Shown here: in pieces, positions 24,524-38,416 of the stretch
How the letters are laid out: each line of letters starts with the position of its first letter
Numbering within the stretch: the first letter of the stretch is position 1
NCBI GenBank assembly: GCA_963693365.1
Contig: CAVNZM010000009.1
Location: 9,501,616 to 9,565,615, forward strand
DNA: 64,000 nucleotides
Direction of reading: 5' to 3'
Origin: Amoebidium appalachense
Lineage: Eukaryota; Protista; Ichthyosporea
The notes under the pieces: model-generated
The model's database searches: none
The model's input: only the letters and a program-made list of their open reading frames with translations
Told to the model about the DNA's origin: nothing
Made by a program: the position numbers and the translations under genes

Positions 24524-25192
24524 CCCCATGGAACTCTTTACACTATCGTAAAGAGGTCGTGCAACCACTCCATATGAACTCGCGGTGTGCTTTACGATGG
24601 GTGACAGGTTTACGCCATCGGAGATGGCATTACGAGGGGTAACGATCCCCGGTGGAGATTGCTGATGTCCGTCGTTTATTTATATTCATATCCCACCATA
24701 TATATTGGTTTTCTTCTATATTCGACTTTATATATATGTCGAACTGGGATGGCGACCCAGTATAAATAATTATCTATAGCCTTGCGAGCTGGTTGACTGC
24801 CAGTCTAAACCTAGTCCACGGGATGCACCTTCCCCGTGTCTTAACTGGTTGACAACCAGTCTATAAATCAGTCCACAAGATGTTCATGCCTTGTGTTTAC
24901 CTGGGTGGTCCCCAGTATAAAACATTAGCCACCAACACGTCACACATACACTAGTGTGTCCTCTATATATATATCTCGACGATAACCACCATGATTTATT
25001 GTTCCGAGTCTTCCGAGGCAACCGTCGTTGTGTGCCTCTTCAGTTTTGATTCTCTCCTTCCCACCTCAAGGATCTTCGGTTTGCATCCTCGAGTGGGGAA
25101 ACTTGAATGTGACGGCCCCTCCTGTGTTTGGACCTCATCTACCGTCACATCAACAGACACGAGAACACAAACTTCAACCCCTTGAGTGGGGA

Positions 25193-25309
25193 TGTTGGAA
25201 TACGTCACCATGTATGACAGCAAGAGCCTTGAAGTATGTATGTGTCTTAGCTTGTTTGTATTCGTGTCTGCTTTCCTTCTTTTCTCTCTCTCTCTCTCTC
25301 TCTTTCTCT

Positions 25310-25340
<31 letters not shown>

Positions 25341-25341
25341 T

Positions 25342-25390
<49 letters not shown>

Positions 25391-26166
25391 TTCTCTTTCT
25401 CTCTCTCTCTCCCTCCCCCCCCCCCCCCCCCCCCCCGTATCTCTCTCTCCCTTTGTTTCTGTGGGCACAGATATCTGTAGATCTGTGCACACCTGGCTCT
25501 CTTGCCTGATAAGAACTTATTGTATTTTATTTCTGTTTGCTCTCCTCTGTTTATCTGAGAGGTAGCGTGATTGGCTAGCCTCACTCGTTGTCTTTCCTTT
25601 ATTTCAAAATGGCTTAGTTTTGTTCTCAATAGGATAGCTCGCCAATAGTCGCGAGCGAGTACATCTGTAGATCATGTTGTGCATTCCTGTCTATTAATAT
25701 ATGTGTGTTGTGATTGGACAATAGATATATATGGAATTCGGTTTATTGCAAAGTGTCTTCACTTTGAGAGTGTCGACTATTAGGGAATATATGTATTTAA
25801 ATACGTTTCTTTATAGAGACGAACATAAATATATATGTGAGTTAATAGTAACTAGATGTATAATTACTTAATTTATTTAAGTAAGAGTTTCTAAACTTTA
25901 GTTTAATCGGAAGTTGGAATGCGTATGCTCTGTCGGAATGTGTTTTTCTATCATCTGATAGAACCGATTGGTTCTCCCTCTTTAGTTGTGATAAGGTGAT
26001 AAGTCACAAGTACAAAAGGAACCGAGAGCACAATAAAGAATCAGTTGTTGTTTGAAATCTTTCAATGTCTCGTGAACAACTCCGATTGCCCTCTCATTAA
26101 TGTGTTAGTCGTGTTTTACATGACACCTCTGTGCACTCTGCTCCCTTAGACCCGTACAAAACAACA
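25193..26166 (+). mobile_element. 3' LTR of a second Copia family (B) with upstream 3'UTR remnant
   Basis: TGTTG...CAACA ends. Preceded by ACACAAACTTCAACCCCTTGAGTGGGGA, which parallels Copia A ACACAAACTTCAAAGTCTTAAGTGGGGA. Contains an expanded (CT)n tract. Confidence 0.75.
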
Positions 26167-26356
26167 CCCCCCCCCCCCCCGCCTCCCCCTCCCCCCCGCT
26201 GTGTGGAAATTCAATGGGAAGAGCGTACAAAACACACACAGAGTCTGAACGTAAGCCCAACATCAGAGAGGCCCTAAAGGGTATCAGGATACGCAACACA
26301 GCCCAGAGCACGATTCACCGCACACAAGCACTATGCAGATGAATGGGGGAAGGAGG

Positions 26357-26391
<35 letters not shown>

Positions 26392-27283
26392 ATATACAAG
26401 GAGAGAGGCGGGGGACGGGGTAAATGGGTGGGTGGGGGTGGGGGTGGGGGGGGGGGGGGGGGGGGGGGGGGGGTGGAATGTGTTACTGAGTAAAAAGCAC
26501 ATCTTCACAACAATCATAGAAATCCAGATTTTGCAAGAGCGCAAAAAAGAGTATGCAACATAAGCCGAGCCCATGCGAGATGGGGTGGAGTGGGTGGGGA
26601 GGGGGAGGGGGGGGGGGGGGGGGGGTCTGAGGAGATTTGATGGATGCGCCATAAAGCACGAAGTACACATTCACAACGGACAACACAACGCAGAGTGCAA
26701 ACCGCACGTAAAGAGTATGCATAATAAGCAGAGCCCATCCTCAGGGGTTGGGGGGGGGGGGGGGGGGGGGAGGGAGGGGGGGGGGGGGGAATGTACCATC
26801 CAGGAGAGAGGCGTCGCTCCTCTTCCTGCCCACCGGCCCAGCCGTGCCCGTGCCATCCTCCACACAGGCTGCACGTACAACATTGTATGGGGCGCTCCCC
26901 TCCCTCCTCTCAATATCACTCACACCACTAACCACACCACCAACACCATCCCCATCTGCTAACGTATTCGCATGCAAATGATTCTCGTTTCCAACTAGAT
27001 CGTTTTTCGTGCGCACAGGGGTGGCCCTGCGAAGCTCGTTCGTGCACGCTGTTTGGTTTGTCCAGCGGGGAAACATCTGGTGCTGTGCTGGTGACGTTTT
27101 CGACATGGTGGGAACTCGTGGTGCTGATCGAGACATCTGTTATTCCTGTGGAGGAAAAAGGATGGAGAGAGATGGTGAGCATTGCGGGATTGGGTGAAAA
27201 AGACGAGGACCGGTAGGTAAGAAGGAGAGGGGGGAGGGTAGGAATGAGGCACGCGAATGAAGGGAGGCGCGACGGTGTTGGTT

Positions 27284-27315
<32 letters not shown>

Positions 27316-27329
27316 TTTTTTTGGGGGGG

Positions 27330-27514
27330 GGGGGGTTGAATGCGGAACACGGTCCGAAGTACGCATACACGAAGGACACATGCAAAGGCAAACATTCAAG
27401 TGCAAAGGCAAACATTCAAGTATGCAACATCAGCCATGCGCACAGTATGCGTCATAAGCAGAGCCCATCCTCAGGGAGGGCCCAAATCATCAAAAGCGTC
27501 TGAGTTTCGACCCC
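27330..27514 (+). repeat. Dispersed ~170-bp repeat copy
   Basis: Matches 49205-49370. Confidence 0.75.
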
Positions 27515-27844
27515 GGGGGGGGGGGGGGGGGGGGGGGGTGTGTCCTTGTAGGTGTGCCTACCTCTCGCTTCATCTTACAGCCTCCTGAGTTTAAAATGGC
27601 CCCAGTTAACCAACCGAACCGTGCACAACTGTAAGGGACCGCAGCTGAACCAGAACTAGTTCGTCACAAACATGCAAAAAAACCAACTCACAATTCCCCT
27701 GTAAGTAGACTTTTTTTCACCACGGAAACAAAAATTCGGTTTCTGTCTCAGGAAAACGTGAGCGCAATTCGCACACGTGGCAGGGTCTGTGTGAGTTTGT
27801 GCAAAGGATGAGGGACACACGTTCACCTGTCCAAAAAAGGTAAC

Positions 27845-28143
27845 TGGTTGAAGCCCATTCGCACCTATTACCACTGCTTAGGTTGATTCTCGACAACAGC
27901 AAGAGGTATGTGCGATATGTTTTTTTTAGTTGTACATGTACGGCATGTTTTTTTTTTATAGTTAACGTTGTACACGTACGGCATGTGGGTTGGATATGCT
28001 GGCATCGGATACACTTTCTTGCTTGTGAAATGCAGTAAACATGAATGTGTAACTGGTCAAGATACTTGCATGCTTGTGGGGCTGGATACAGTTTTATAAA
28101 CCTTAACAGTGGATATGCTTGTATTCGGTGGGGGTAGGGGAGG

Positions 28144-28181
<38 letters not shown>

Positions 28182-30252
28182 AGGGGGTGATGAAGTGGTG
28201 GACTGCGCAGTGGGACTCTTGATTAGAACACAGAATGAGAAGAAAATCAAGTTTGGGTGATGTTGGTGCCTACCCGTGGATTGGCAGTGGTGATGGTGGT
28301 GGCAGGACACAGCGGGTGGGTCGGGGGGGGGGGGGGGGGGGGGGGGAGGGGGGGGGGGGAGGGGGGAGGGCAGAGGGGAAGGGGAGACCCTAAAGGCTTG
28401 GGGGGCAGATGACCTCTTACCTGTGTGTGTGTGTGTTTTGCCACATGTGCAAGTGAATATTTGTGTTTGTATATGTGCATGGATGGATGTTTGCGCGCAT
28501 GTGTTATGTCTTGGGGTCTGTGTTCCAATTATGCAAGGAACGTGCACATGTGTTGTGCACATGCGCATGTGCATGTGTGTGGGTATACAAGTTTGCCTGT
28601 GCGTGTCCCTGTGTGCATGTGTGCAGGGGCCCTCTCGCAAAGGTGTGGACAGGGTGAAGGCAGCGTGGGAAGGGGGGGGGGGGGGGAAGGAGGGAGAGAG
28701 GGGAGCTGGCGGGGGGAGGGGGGGTGGGTGAGGGGAAAGGAGGGGAGAGGGGGGAGGGGAGGGGGGGGGGGGGGCAGGGGGATAGCGGGGGGGGGGGGGG
28801 GGGGGGGGGGGGGGTATATGGGAGAGATGAGGTCGGATAGGGACAGGGGATTAGGGAAGAGAGAGAGAGAATGAGAAGGAGAAAGGTAGGGATGAGGTGG
28901 GGAAGGGGGGGGGGGGGGGGGGGGAACGAGACAGAGAGAGAAAGGCAAAGAGAGAAGGGCAATTAGGCGGGAGACACGAAGCAGAAAAAGTTTTTGGAGA
29001 AAGGGTGCATCTGGTGTCATTTCATTGCGTCTATATTATGGATTCTTAATAAATAGTAACTGTATCAGTGTTTGCTTCAAGAAAAAGGACAACTGTCAAA
29101 TATGCTCACAATCTAGGCATGCACATTTTCTTACCTGTCTGTTGTATATTTAACCATTTCAACACCTCAAGAAACACTCACAATCGATGTATAAGCTCAC
29201 ACGCAAGGCACACCACACACTCATTTTCAAAACGTTGTTTTGACACCCACACGTGTGTTCTTTTCCCACAAAATTCTACTTTACAGGGAAACGTCTTGCA
29301 AAAGCGCTGGAAAAATACGAAACCAATGCAACTTATACGGTGCCCATCATACATAAGATGGCTGCCAAAGAGGTTGGTCTGACGACCTAGAAAGCATGCT
29401 GGAAGGTGGGTGGTTCATGTTGTGTTCAATTATTGATTTGTCCTGTTTGTGTGCCCCCCTCCTCCCCCCCCCCCCCCCCCTCCCCCTTCCTCCCCCTGCC
29501 CCCCCCCCCCCCCCCCCCCCCCCCACAAAAAAAAAAAAGAAAAACATACACACACCTCCCTCCCATCCTTCTCTCTCTGCTTCTTCTTTCTTTTGCTTCT
29601 CTCTACCCCCCCCCCCCCCCCCCCCCACCCCCAAATTCCTCCCCTTACCTGGGAGATGAGGGAGGTGTGAGTATGTGGTGTGGATCGATGGGGGATGGGG
29701 TGTGTGTGTGCGGGTGGGTGGGTTTTTTTGGGAGGGGGGTGGGACAGGGGGAGGGAAAGGGGAGGGGGAGGGGGGAGGAGGAGGGATGGGTTAGTAGATA
29801 GGCGTGAAAAGATTTAGGGACCCTGGCATTCCGTTCTCTTTTGCAGTTGCTTCCCACCCACCCACACATACCCCCTCACCCCTCTCTCTTCCTTCTTAGT
29901 CCCAACCACTCACCCATTCTTCGTCAAACTAAAAAAAAGCCATTCTTTCATGTGAAGGTGTAAGGGGAACAGACTACATTCATAGGCACCATGTACGTGT
30001 CTGTTACAAATGTTTTAAATCTATGCATCAGTTTTAATTTCTTACTTGCTCTCCCAGCCATCCCCCCCTCTCTCCCCCCCCCCCCCTTCCCCCGCCCTCT
30101 CCCCTTTAACAGGCATACACACACACCATGGCAATAGTTGACACGCTCACGTGCACACACTCTAACATGCGCACACACGCGCGCGCGCGCACACACACAC
30201 ACAGGGGGGGGGGGGGGGGGGGGGGAGGGAGGGGGGAGACGGTGGGGCGGGG

Positions 30253-30302
<50 letters not shown>

Positions 30303-30760
30303 CGGGGCCAGCCGCTGTTCCTGTCTGGGCGGCGGCTGGGGCAGCTGGTGCAGATGTGGCTGCGGCACGAGGTGCTGCCCACCATCGTGCTGTGCTTCGA
30401 AAAGGCCCCAAACCTGCACGACTGGCGCCACTACTGAGCAATGTAGATTTATTTATCTTCCTTACCTCCATAATGGCTGACGAAAGGGGTTGTGCTCAAG
30501 GGCCAGTGTATTGGTGTGAATATGCGCACGGGGCGCCTTTGCATTGGTTGTATCGACTTCATGGATTTGGGGACCTAAAGTATTATGTAGGTGGTCTCGG
30601 GCAGTATGTTGCATAATGGTATGCCTAATCGATTCGGTGCAGGCAAAGTTAGACTTGCCTGTTTGTGTGGCGTTGGAGCTCGAGGGAGCCGGGTGATGCT
30701 GGAATGATATCTATTGATACGTAGCAGCCCTCGGAAAGGGGGTTTACAACAGCAACACTT
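27845..30760 (+). repeat. ~2.9-kb direct repeat, copy 1, containing decayed exons
   Basis: Collinear with 52664-55681 from TGGTTGAAGCCCATTC to CAGCAACACTT. Confidence 0.92.
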
Positions 30761-30833
30761 ACGGTATATTTCCTGGAGTTGTGTCATCTGATCAGGCAGG
30801 ATTAGGGGTTAGGGGTTGCCAATAGACGCTCGC

Positions 30834-31540
30834 TGCTGTTTTGTACGGGTATTACGGGAAGCAGAGTGCACAGAGGGGTCATGCAAAACACGACAAACAC
30901 AATAAAGAGAGTGCAGTCGGAGTTGTTCACGACAGCCTGAGAAGAAAGATCGAAACAACAGATAACGTTTATTGCACTCTCGGGCCTTTTTGTTCTGGCC
31001 CATTCATTATCTCATCTAACCTAAATGAAGGGAACCAATCGGGCTCCTTCAACTACAGGGCAAATACATTCCAACGAGAAAACGCTTTCTAACTTCCAAT
31101 ACTATAGAAGCTTAAAACTCTTCTTAAACTTTGAAATTAAGTAACTCAACCAACTTGTCAATATTAATTCACATATGTGTTTACATTCGTCTCTATAAAT
31201 TCCTAACAGTCGACACTCTCAGAGTGAAGACACATCATGTGAAAAGGATTCAAACAGATCTAATGTGTCCAATCAAAACACGCCTATTAATAGACAGGAG
31301 TGCAACGCCACGGTCTATAGATCGGCTCACTTGCGTCCTCCTATTTCGACCTAAACACAAAGACAACAAAGCCAGCTATATAGCCACTCACTCCACACAC
31401 AGTAAAGCGGAGGAGATGATAGTGAGAACCAGATTATAGTGTTTCCCTGTGACGTGTATGTGTTCACGTGCACTTGGCATTGTGTGAGAGAGCACCCACA
31501 TCTTTGTGATAGTGCTAAGACACAAAAAAAACTTGAAGAA
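30834..31540 (-). mobile_element. Diverged LTR related to Copia family B
   Basis: Reverse-complement similarity to 25240-26166 (CGTACAAAACA(A/G)CA end, GTGTCGACT block). Confidence 0.65.
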
Positions 31541-33587
31541 AGAGCCGGGTATTGGGAATGGGAGTCTCCGTGCGACTATGTGTAACAAAAAATTAAAAGT
31601 GTGCAAGAAAGCAACGTGCACGGTGAATCACGCTGTGTGCATAAATTGTGTGTCATGCAGAAACTCGTGCCTACTTTTATATGCTCGAGGCATGAGCATC
31701 CTATACTGCGTGCTGCATCTTTTTTCTCTTCGTGCAACTGCCATGGGGAACATGCAGGGGAAGCGAGGCGTCAAAACAAATGCTCACCAGCTAATGCCTT
31801 CGCAACGACAGCCTCGGGGATGAGAAGTGCCAGAGCCCTGCGTACACCGTCCACAAATTGTGGGATTAGGAGCTTGACACATTGACGTGCGCTCTTCGAC
31901 CTCCTGTGGCTACGAACTATTAATAGCCAGCATATTAAGTTCAACAAAAAAAAAAAAAAGACTTTCCTGAACAACTCCTTCCAAGTAAGACCAGCACACG
32001 ATCACAGTGTGGCTAGCCAACATCAGATTACAAAGGGCTCACACACTCACCGTTATGCTGACGTGGTCTTCGTCCGACCATAGTCTGCGTCTGATGGGCT
32101 CTCCAAACATCGATCTGATGTGGTTTCCGTACATCAAGACTCTGTTTTCGTCTGTGCGTCCTGTGTAAGAGAATGCAACACAAGGAGGTCAGCGAAAAAA
32201 AAAAAGAGAAGGTACAGCACAACAACGGAACTGACGTGTCAACATTGATTGTTAGTTGGCCTGTGGCATTTATGACACATACACTCTCCAAACCCGCTAA
32301 CCCTAACAATAACTCCCCTCTCGTATTCACCTGAGCTGAACGCTGCAGCGGACATGCTACCACCGGGTTTGAGCAGCTGAGCACCCACGTACAGCCTACT
32401 GTTGCCGGGATAAACCAGGCCTGCTGCGAAGCCTGTGACGAGAGTTAGGACCTTCGACAGCCAATGATATTAAATTGACAGGTTAGGAACCTAAAAAAGC
32501 ATTTATAGAGAGAACGGAGAAAAAAACGTGCACTGCAGGAAAGCACGACGCTGAGAGAGAAAAATGTTGCATGTGCGCCAGAAAGTGGGGGGTGTATGGA
32601 TAGCTAGGCAGCGTAGTAAGGGGTAGGACATCGGGCTAAAAATCATTACGTAGAGTTGTTAATTTCTAGGGTGAATAGAAGAAACCAGATACAATAAGAC
32701 AAAGCCTTACCAAAAACGGTATCCAAGGCAGATAAAGAGAGAGAGCCAAGATGAATTCAGGTAGAGAAAATGGGAACTAACGCCTTTACGACAATCCGTT
32801 CAGTGCTGGTGCTGGTGCTCGTGGGATGGGCTAGTAATGGTGGTGATGGTGGTGGTGGTGGTGGTGGTTGGGAAAGGGGGGGGGGGGGGGGGGGGGGAGG
32901 GTTTGAAAAAGCTCACCACCGAAAACGTCCTTCGAATGTACATAAAATAACCCATGCATAGTATGCAACAAGAAAGGGAGGAGGGATGGAAGAGGGAGTA
33001 TTGGGGGGATATTGGGGGGGAAGGGGGGGCGGGGGGAGTACGTTTGACAACATCTTGGGTCCCACGAAGCAATTTTGCAGTACGAAACAGCCACAAACCA
33101 GAAAACGTCAAAAATTGCTTCCGTTCACTAGGCACGCAGCTAGAAGAAGGCGTTACACTTGGTGGTTACGGGGAGCACGGTCGAATTTGTTGCACCTTTG
33201 GCCTTGCACTCTTTCATATACTCTAAGGGTCTTGTGACAACACAATGTTGGGTACACGAGGGGTAGCCCAGCAAGTATCGTGTTGTGGGGAAAAAACACC
33301 TTTACTTTGGGTAAAAGGGAGCGCCCCAACGTTTCAAGTGTTCTAGCCACAAAATACTGGGAATTGGGTAACAAGAGCTATGTACTGACTGACACGACAC
33401 TGCCCGGCACCGGAAGTACGTTGTCAAGAGCAGAACAGTTGATGACATTGCCCGGAAAAAAAGAAAGAAAAAAAGGAAGAAAAAGACTACGCGAGCCGGC
33501 GGGGGGGCGAAAAAAAAAAAAAAAAGGAAAAGACATTGCGTAGAAACTCTTAACGGGTTGCGTTTGGGTATGTACTATGTACTATGT

Positions 33588-33977
33588 AGTCTCCGTGACA
33601 CGTATGAGGTGGTGCCTCATTTTCCTTCCTACCTCAGCAGAAATGTCTCGCTAGTAATGACAATGCTTATCTGTGTACGCGAAGTCGAAGAAGGAAGGCA
33701 GCGCAGAAAAACGGCTGCGGGCTGCGAAGAAGGAAGGAAAAATCGCCGCCGTCGACGAGGCGAATTTTCCGTGCATACTTGCATATCTTTCCGTCGAATA
33801 AATCCAGTCAAAAGAAAAAAAATTTCCTTCCTTCCTCGCGCAGCCCGCAGCCATTTTTCTTCGCTGCCTTCCTTCTTCGACTTCGCGTACACAGATAAGC
33901 ATTGTCATTACTAGCGAGACATTTCTGCTGAGGTAGGAAGGAAAATGAGGCACCACCTCATACGTGTCACGGAGACT
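33588..33977. mobile_element. Foldback/MITE with long terminal inverted repeats
   Basis: AGTCTCCGTGACACGTATGAGG... is inverted perfectly for ~115 bp and imperfectly beyond. The (T)AGTCTC..GAGACT termini are reminiscent of Academ. Confidence 0.8.
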
Positions 33978-33993
33978 CAGTCAGTTGCATGAC

Positions 33994-34065
33994 GTCAGGG
34001 CGAAGAAAAAAGATTATCGTGGATAACCCCACACTTCAAGCCCCGTAGTCGCCGGCGCTGTAAGT

Positions 34066-34107
<42 letters not shown>

Positions 34108-34357
34108 AATCCTGTTGGTCGCCACATTGAGTATTTATATGATTTTCACACAGTGAGGTATCTCAGTATGCACTTGTTACTGGATAACTCGAGAAGTTTT
34201 TATTGTCTTTCAGTATGCCGTGCATACTTGCAAATAAATCCAGTCAAAAGGAAAAAAAAAAAAAAAAAAGGTTGGGGCTATCCACGACAATTTTTTTTTG
34301 TTTATTTTTAAGAAAGTTTGGGGCTATCCACGACAATCTTTTTTTCCTCGCACTGAC
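33994..34357. repeat. Second degenerate foldback element
   Basis: GTCAGGGCGAAGAAAAAAGATTATCGTGGATAACCCC vs GGGGCTATCCACGACAATCTTTTTTTCCTCGCACTGAC; shares an internal block with the previous element. Confidence 0.55.
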
Positions 34358-34939
34358 AGCCACGGTGTGCATCAGTTCTAGCTTCCCAGGCTGACAGGAT
34401 TTACTGGATAAAACCAAGGGAAGTGCTACAATTCCGGCCCAGTGTGTGAGCGCCTGCAATGTAACGAGGGGAGTAAATGCAGCAAGAAAGACGGCCAACC
34501 TTGCGCTGGCAACATGTTCAGCACACCGGCAAAACTCTATCAGGTGTGTCTTTCCTCTTATAAAACAAGTGGGTTGTTGGGCACATCCGAAGTGGTCTTC
34601 TGAGTGTTGGATATGTGCAAGGTTACAATTGCAGGGTTGGGTTACATGAAGTGGCAAATCTTGCTGCCTGCAGTCAAAGAGCCTCCCCCCCCCCCCCCCC
34701 CCCTCCTTCTCGATGGCTCCCCGAACACACTATTCAAGCGGTTTTCTAAATTTCCACAGTTTTTTCCTGTACCTATATATATAAATGTTCGTTTTGCGAA
34801 AAGCAAGCAAACCGCGTGGAATTGATTTCCGTTCCTTGAGATGTGTTCGTCTGCTTTCATCCGAATTCAGCGCCTGAAAGTTCAAATTGATTGGTGTCTC
34901 CATTTTGTACAGTCCGTATATTCTGTGCTTCAGCCTACG

Positions 34940-34972
<33 letters not shown>

Positions 34973-35026
34973 AGGGCCCCGCGATCTTGAACACCCCCCC
35001 CCCCCCCCCTTCCCCCCCCCCGGCCC

Positions 35027-35160
35027 GGAGGATGGGCTCTGCTATGTTGCACATTGTGAGTTGCTGATGTTGCATACTTGAATGTTCGCCTTTGCATGTG
35101 CCCTGCAAACGTGTTTTCCGACGTGTAATTGTACTTCGTACCGTGTTTCTCATTTTAACC
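35027..35160 (-). repeat. Diverged copy of the dispersed ~170-bp repeat
   Basis: GAGGATGGGCTCTG...GCTGATGTTGCATACTTGAATGTT...CGTACCGTGTT. Confidence 0.65.
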
Positions 35161-37270
35161 CCACCGCTCCTTCCTATCCCTCTCTGTTTCCCACCCTCCC
35201 ACCTTCAACTCTCCCTCCTTCCCTACCAGTCTCGCCCCCTTCCCTCTGCCCCCGTCCACACCTCCCTCTCGCCCGCGAGATCCCTTCCCTCGTCCCGTTT
35301 CCTCTTCCATTCGCTCCCCCCACCCCCTCCCCCTCCCCTCCTCCCCCTTATTTCCCCTAACGAGTTTTTTAAAGTGGCTCTAACCTGTGCATGCTATCGG
35401 TTCCTTTTTTTTGGTAGGTTTTGTTTTTATATTGAATGCTCTATTTTTGTTTTCCCACTGTGGCATCTATATTATGTACAAGGCTCTCATTCCCTCACTC
35501 TTTTGCCTCCTCCCCTTCCCCTCCAACTTATCTCTCACCCCTCACCCCTCCACTTCTCGTCTTTTCCTCAACCTCCCCCCCCCCCCCCCCCCTCCCCCCA
35601 ATCAAAAATAATAAATATATAGAAATAAATATAAAATAAAAAAAAATAAAAAATGCAGGGTCTTCTCAGGGAGAACGTATACCATGCCTCTACTTTTCAA
35701 AAGATGACCAGCTTTGCATGGGGCGCAAGGCCTGCTGCTGCCACAAGAATGGTCTCCAACAACGCCTTCTGCCGGCCGAGCCCTTTGGTAAGTCGTTTGG
35801 TGATTTGCATGTATTGATGTAGCTCGATGTAGATAAGGAGGCGATCATATCGCCGCAAGTGTTTGTGTATGCACGTAAGCGGGACTATTATATGCTCCAC
35901 TCTGCGTGTGCTTTAAGCTTTTCCGCATACATTGTGACCTTGCATTTATTTCGACCGGCGTCACTGGCCATGGAAAAGCTTTTGCCAGTGTCTGGCTTTA
36001 CTTTGCGCTCATGCAATACACATAACTTTCCATGCAGGTGTGCTAACTTGGCTTTTATGCAGAGTGCGTTGGAGCACGTTTGGGATTCTATGATACACAC
36101 ATGGGGTGTGAACACGAGCAGGCGTGGGTTTGCAGCCATTGCATCGGTGTCTGCAACCGCGCACACTGGCAAAACCACACGGACTGAGATGCGGAAAGTG
36201 GGTTTCCTTTATTGCACTCATGCTACCTTAGCAGTTTCCACTAGAGTACACCCTTTCACGACCAATGCCCCCTCCCCCCCCCCCCCCCCCCCCAAAAAAA
36301 AAAAAAAAAAAAAAAAAGAAGAGGCGGGGGAGATGAGAGAAAGTAAAGAATACAAACGGGCACACAAAAACGCGCATAAATACTCACACACTGGCTTACA
36401 CACACACACACTAACCCAATCAATCACTCACTCACCGGCACCGGCACCGGCACCGGCAGCACACAACACCAAAACATGCACATACACACACACGCACATG
36501 CCCCCACACCCACACCCACACCGATACCACACACACAATCAAGCACCCCACACACCGTAGTACACAAGCATGTGTGCAGACACTCGATTGCCTTTTCAAA
36601 GTCACGCACACGCAAGCACACACTCTCCGCTAGCCTCCCACTCTCGGGCCCCTGAACAGTAGTCGGTGTTTCCTCACAGCTCAGTCCATTTGGTTTAATT
36701 TACTTCATAATCTGGCGTCTCTCGTTAATCTTTGATTATCTCTGCCCCTCATGTTCCTTGATTTGCACTTTGGCTTTATTCCCATGTGCTCATTATGCGT
36801 CCTTCTGTTGGTGAGAAGTGAGCTAGGTACACCCCTCATACTCATTATTTTTCCTCCCTTTGTTATTTGGCAAGCTCCCTCGTTGTGATTAGGAAGTTGG
36901 ATGTGGCTACCTATAGCAAGCATTTGTGTGCTTTTTGGTGACGGGCATTGTTTGGTGTGTGGTGTGTGTGTGTGTGCGTGTGCGTGTGCGTGTGCGTGTG
37001 CATGTGCGTGTGCGCGCACGCGCGTGCGTGCGTGCGTGCGTGCGTGTGCGTGCGTGCGTGTGTGTGTGCGTGTGTGTGTGCGTGTGCACGCCGTGTGTGC
37101 GTGCGTGTGTGTGTGCGTGCGTGTGCGCACGTGCGCGTGCGTGCGCGTGCGCGTGCGTGCGCATGCGTGCGCGTGTGTATGTGCGTGCATGCGTGAGTGC
37201 GTGCTGGGGGGGGGGGAGAGAGGGAGGGAGGGCATGATATTGTCAGGAAAACAGGCAGAACATGGCATTG

Positions 37271-37334
<64 letters not shown>

Positions 37335-37373
37335 GCGCGTGTGTATGTGCGTGCATGCGTGAGTGCGTGCTGT

Positions 37374-37407
<34 letters not shown>

Positions 37408-37471
37408 GGGAGGGAGGGAGGGGAGAGAGGCAGATAATGTCAGGAAAACAGGCAGAACATGGCATTGTTTG

Positions 37472-37515
<44 letters not shown>

Positions 37516-37828
37516 GTGTATGTGCGTGTGTGTGTTCGTGCAAGACAAATACCATGGCCAGCTGCTCTAAGTTTGGAACGTGACGTCATCACATTTTTTT
37601 TCGGCCGATGGAAGGACCTGACAGGGTTGTAATGAGAGCCCAATTCTTAAAAAAATACGTGACAGATCCCCCCCTATTTTAAAATCACAACCTGATTATT
37701 ATTTTCGTTTTCCATCCCGTTCTATTGCTTGCACTCATGACTGATATTCATACCAGGTGGTGCCTCAGGATTGTGTGTTCACTCGTTGCGGCTTTGCAGT
37801 TCCTGTGGTTGTCGGTGTGAAGACTGGA

Positions 37829-38416
37829 ATGGTGAGAGCTGAGAATTCGAGGTGCTACAGTACTTTGAGTGGTGAGGGAGATGAGAAGATTTATCGTGGC
37901 ATCTTTTTCGACCGACGGTCCAAGAAATGGAACGTTCAGGTTGCTAAACGCTCCTTCGGCTACTTTGACGATCCTCGTGCGGCAGCAGTGGTTTACGACC
38001 GAATGGCTACTTTTTTGAAGGAAGAGGGTGTTACCAAGCGCAAGATTATCACAAATACTTCCCTGGGCCGCCTGCAGTATGACTATAACGAGGAGGAGAG
38101 GCAAAAGGCAAAGGAACAGTGGACAGCCAAGCTGAACCATAAAGAATCAAACAAAAGCAAATACTGGGGTGTGGAATATCGCAGATTGAAAATGGAGCCA
38201 TCCTACTACTGCGTCCGTTTTTGGGACCCAAAAACAAAAAAAACGAAAATTTTTGAATCAGAAATAGCTACCATGGAGGAGGCAGTGGCATTGCGTGATA
38301 AGTGGGTGCGGGAGATGTTGGAGGATCCGGAGGTGCCGGAGGCTTGGAAGGCCAGACAACGTGGTTTCCTTTCAGAATCTACCATGGAGGGGGGGATGGT
38401 GTTTGATAGGGACTAG
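37829..38416 (+). CDS. Intronless protein with two AP2/ERF-like DNA-binding domains (frame open from 37757)
   Basis: YRGIFFDRRSKKWNVQV..FGYFDDPRAAAVVYDRMA and SKYWGVEY...TMEEAVALRD. Confidence 0.8.
   Translation: MVRAENSRCYSTLSGEGDEKIYRGIFFDRRSKKWNVQVAKRSFGYFDDPRAAAVVYDRMATFLKEEGVTKRKIITNTSLGRLQYDYNEEERQKAKEQWTAKLNHKESNKSKYWGVEYRRLKMEPSYYCVRFWDPKTKKTKIFESEIATMEEAVALRDKWVREMLEDPEVPEAWKARQRGFLSESTMEGGMVFDRD

Noticed and set aside
30802-30817. Telomere-like TTAGGGG repeat
   Set aside because: Only two units.
35697-36240. Possible exons of another decayed gene (also 38600-39010)
   Set aside because: Sequence looks coding-like, but has stops and no motif I can assign.
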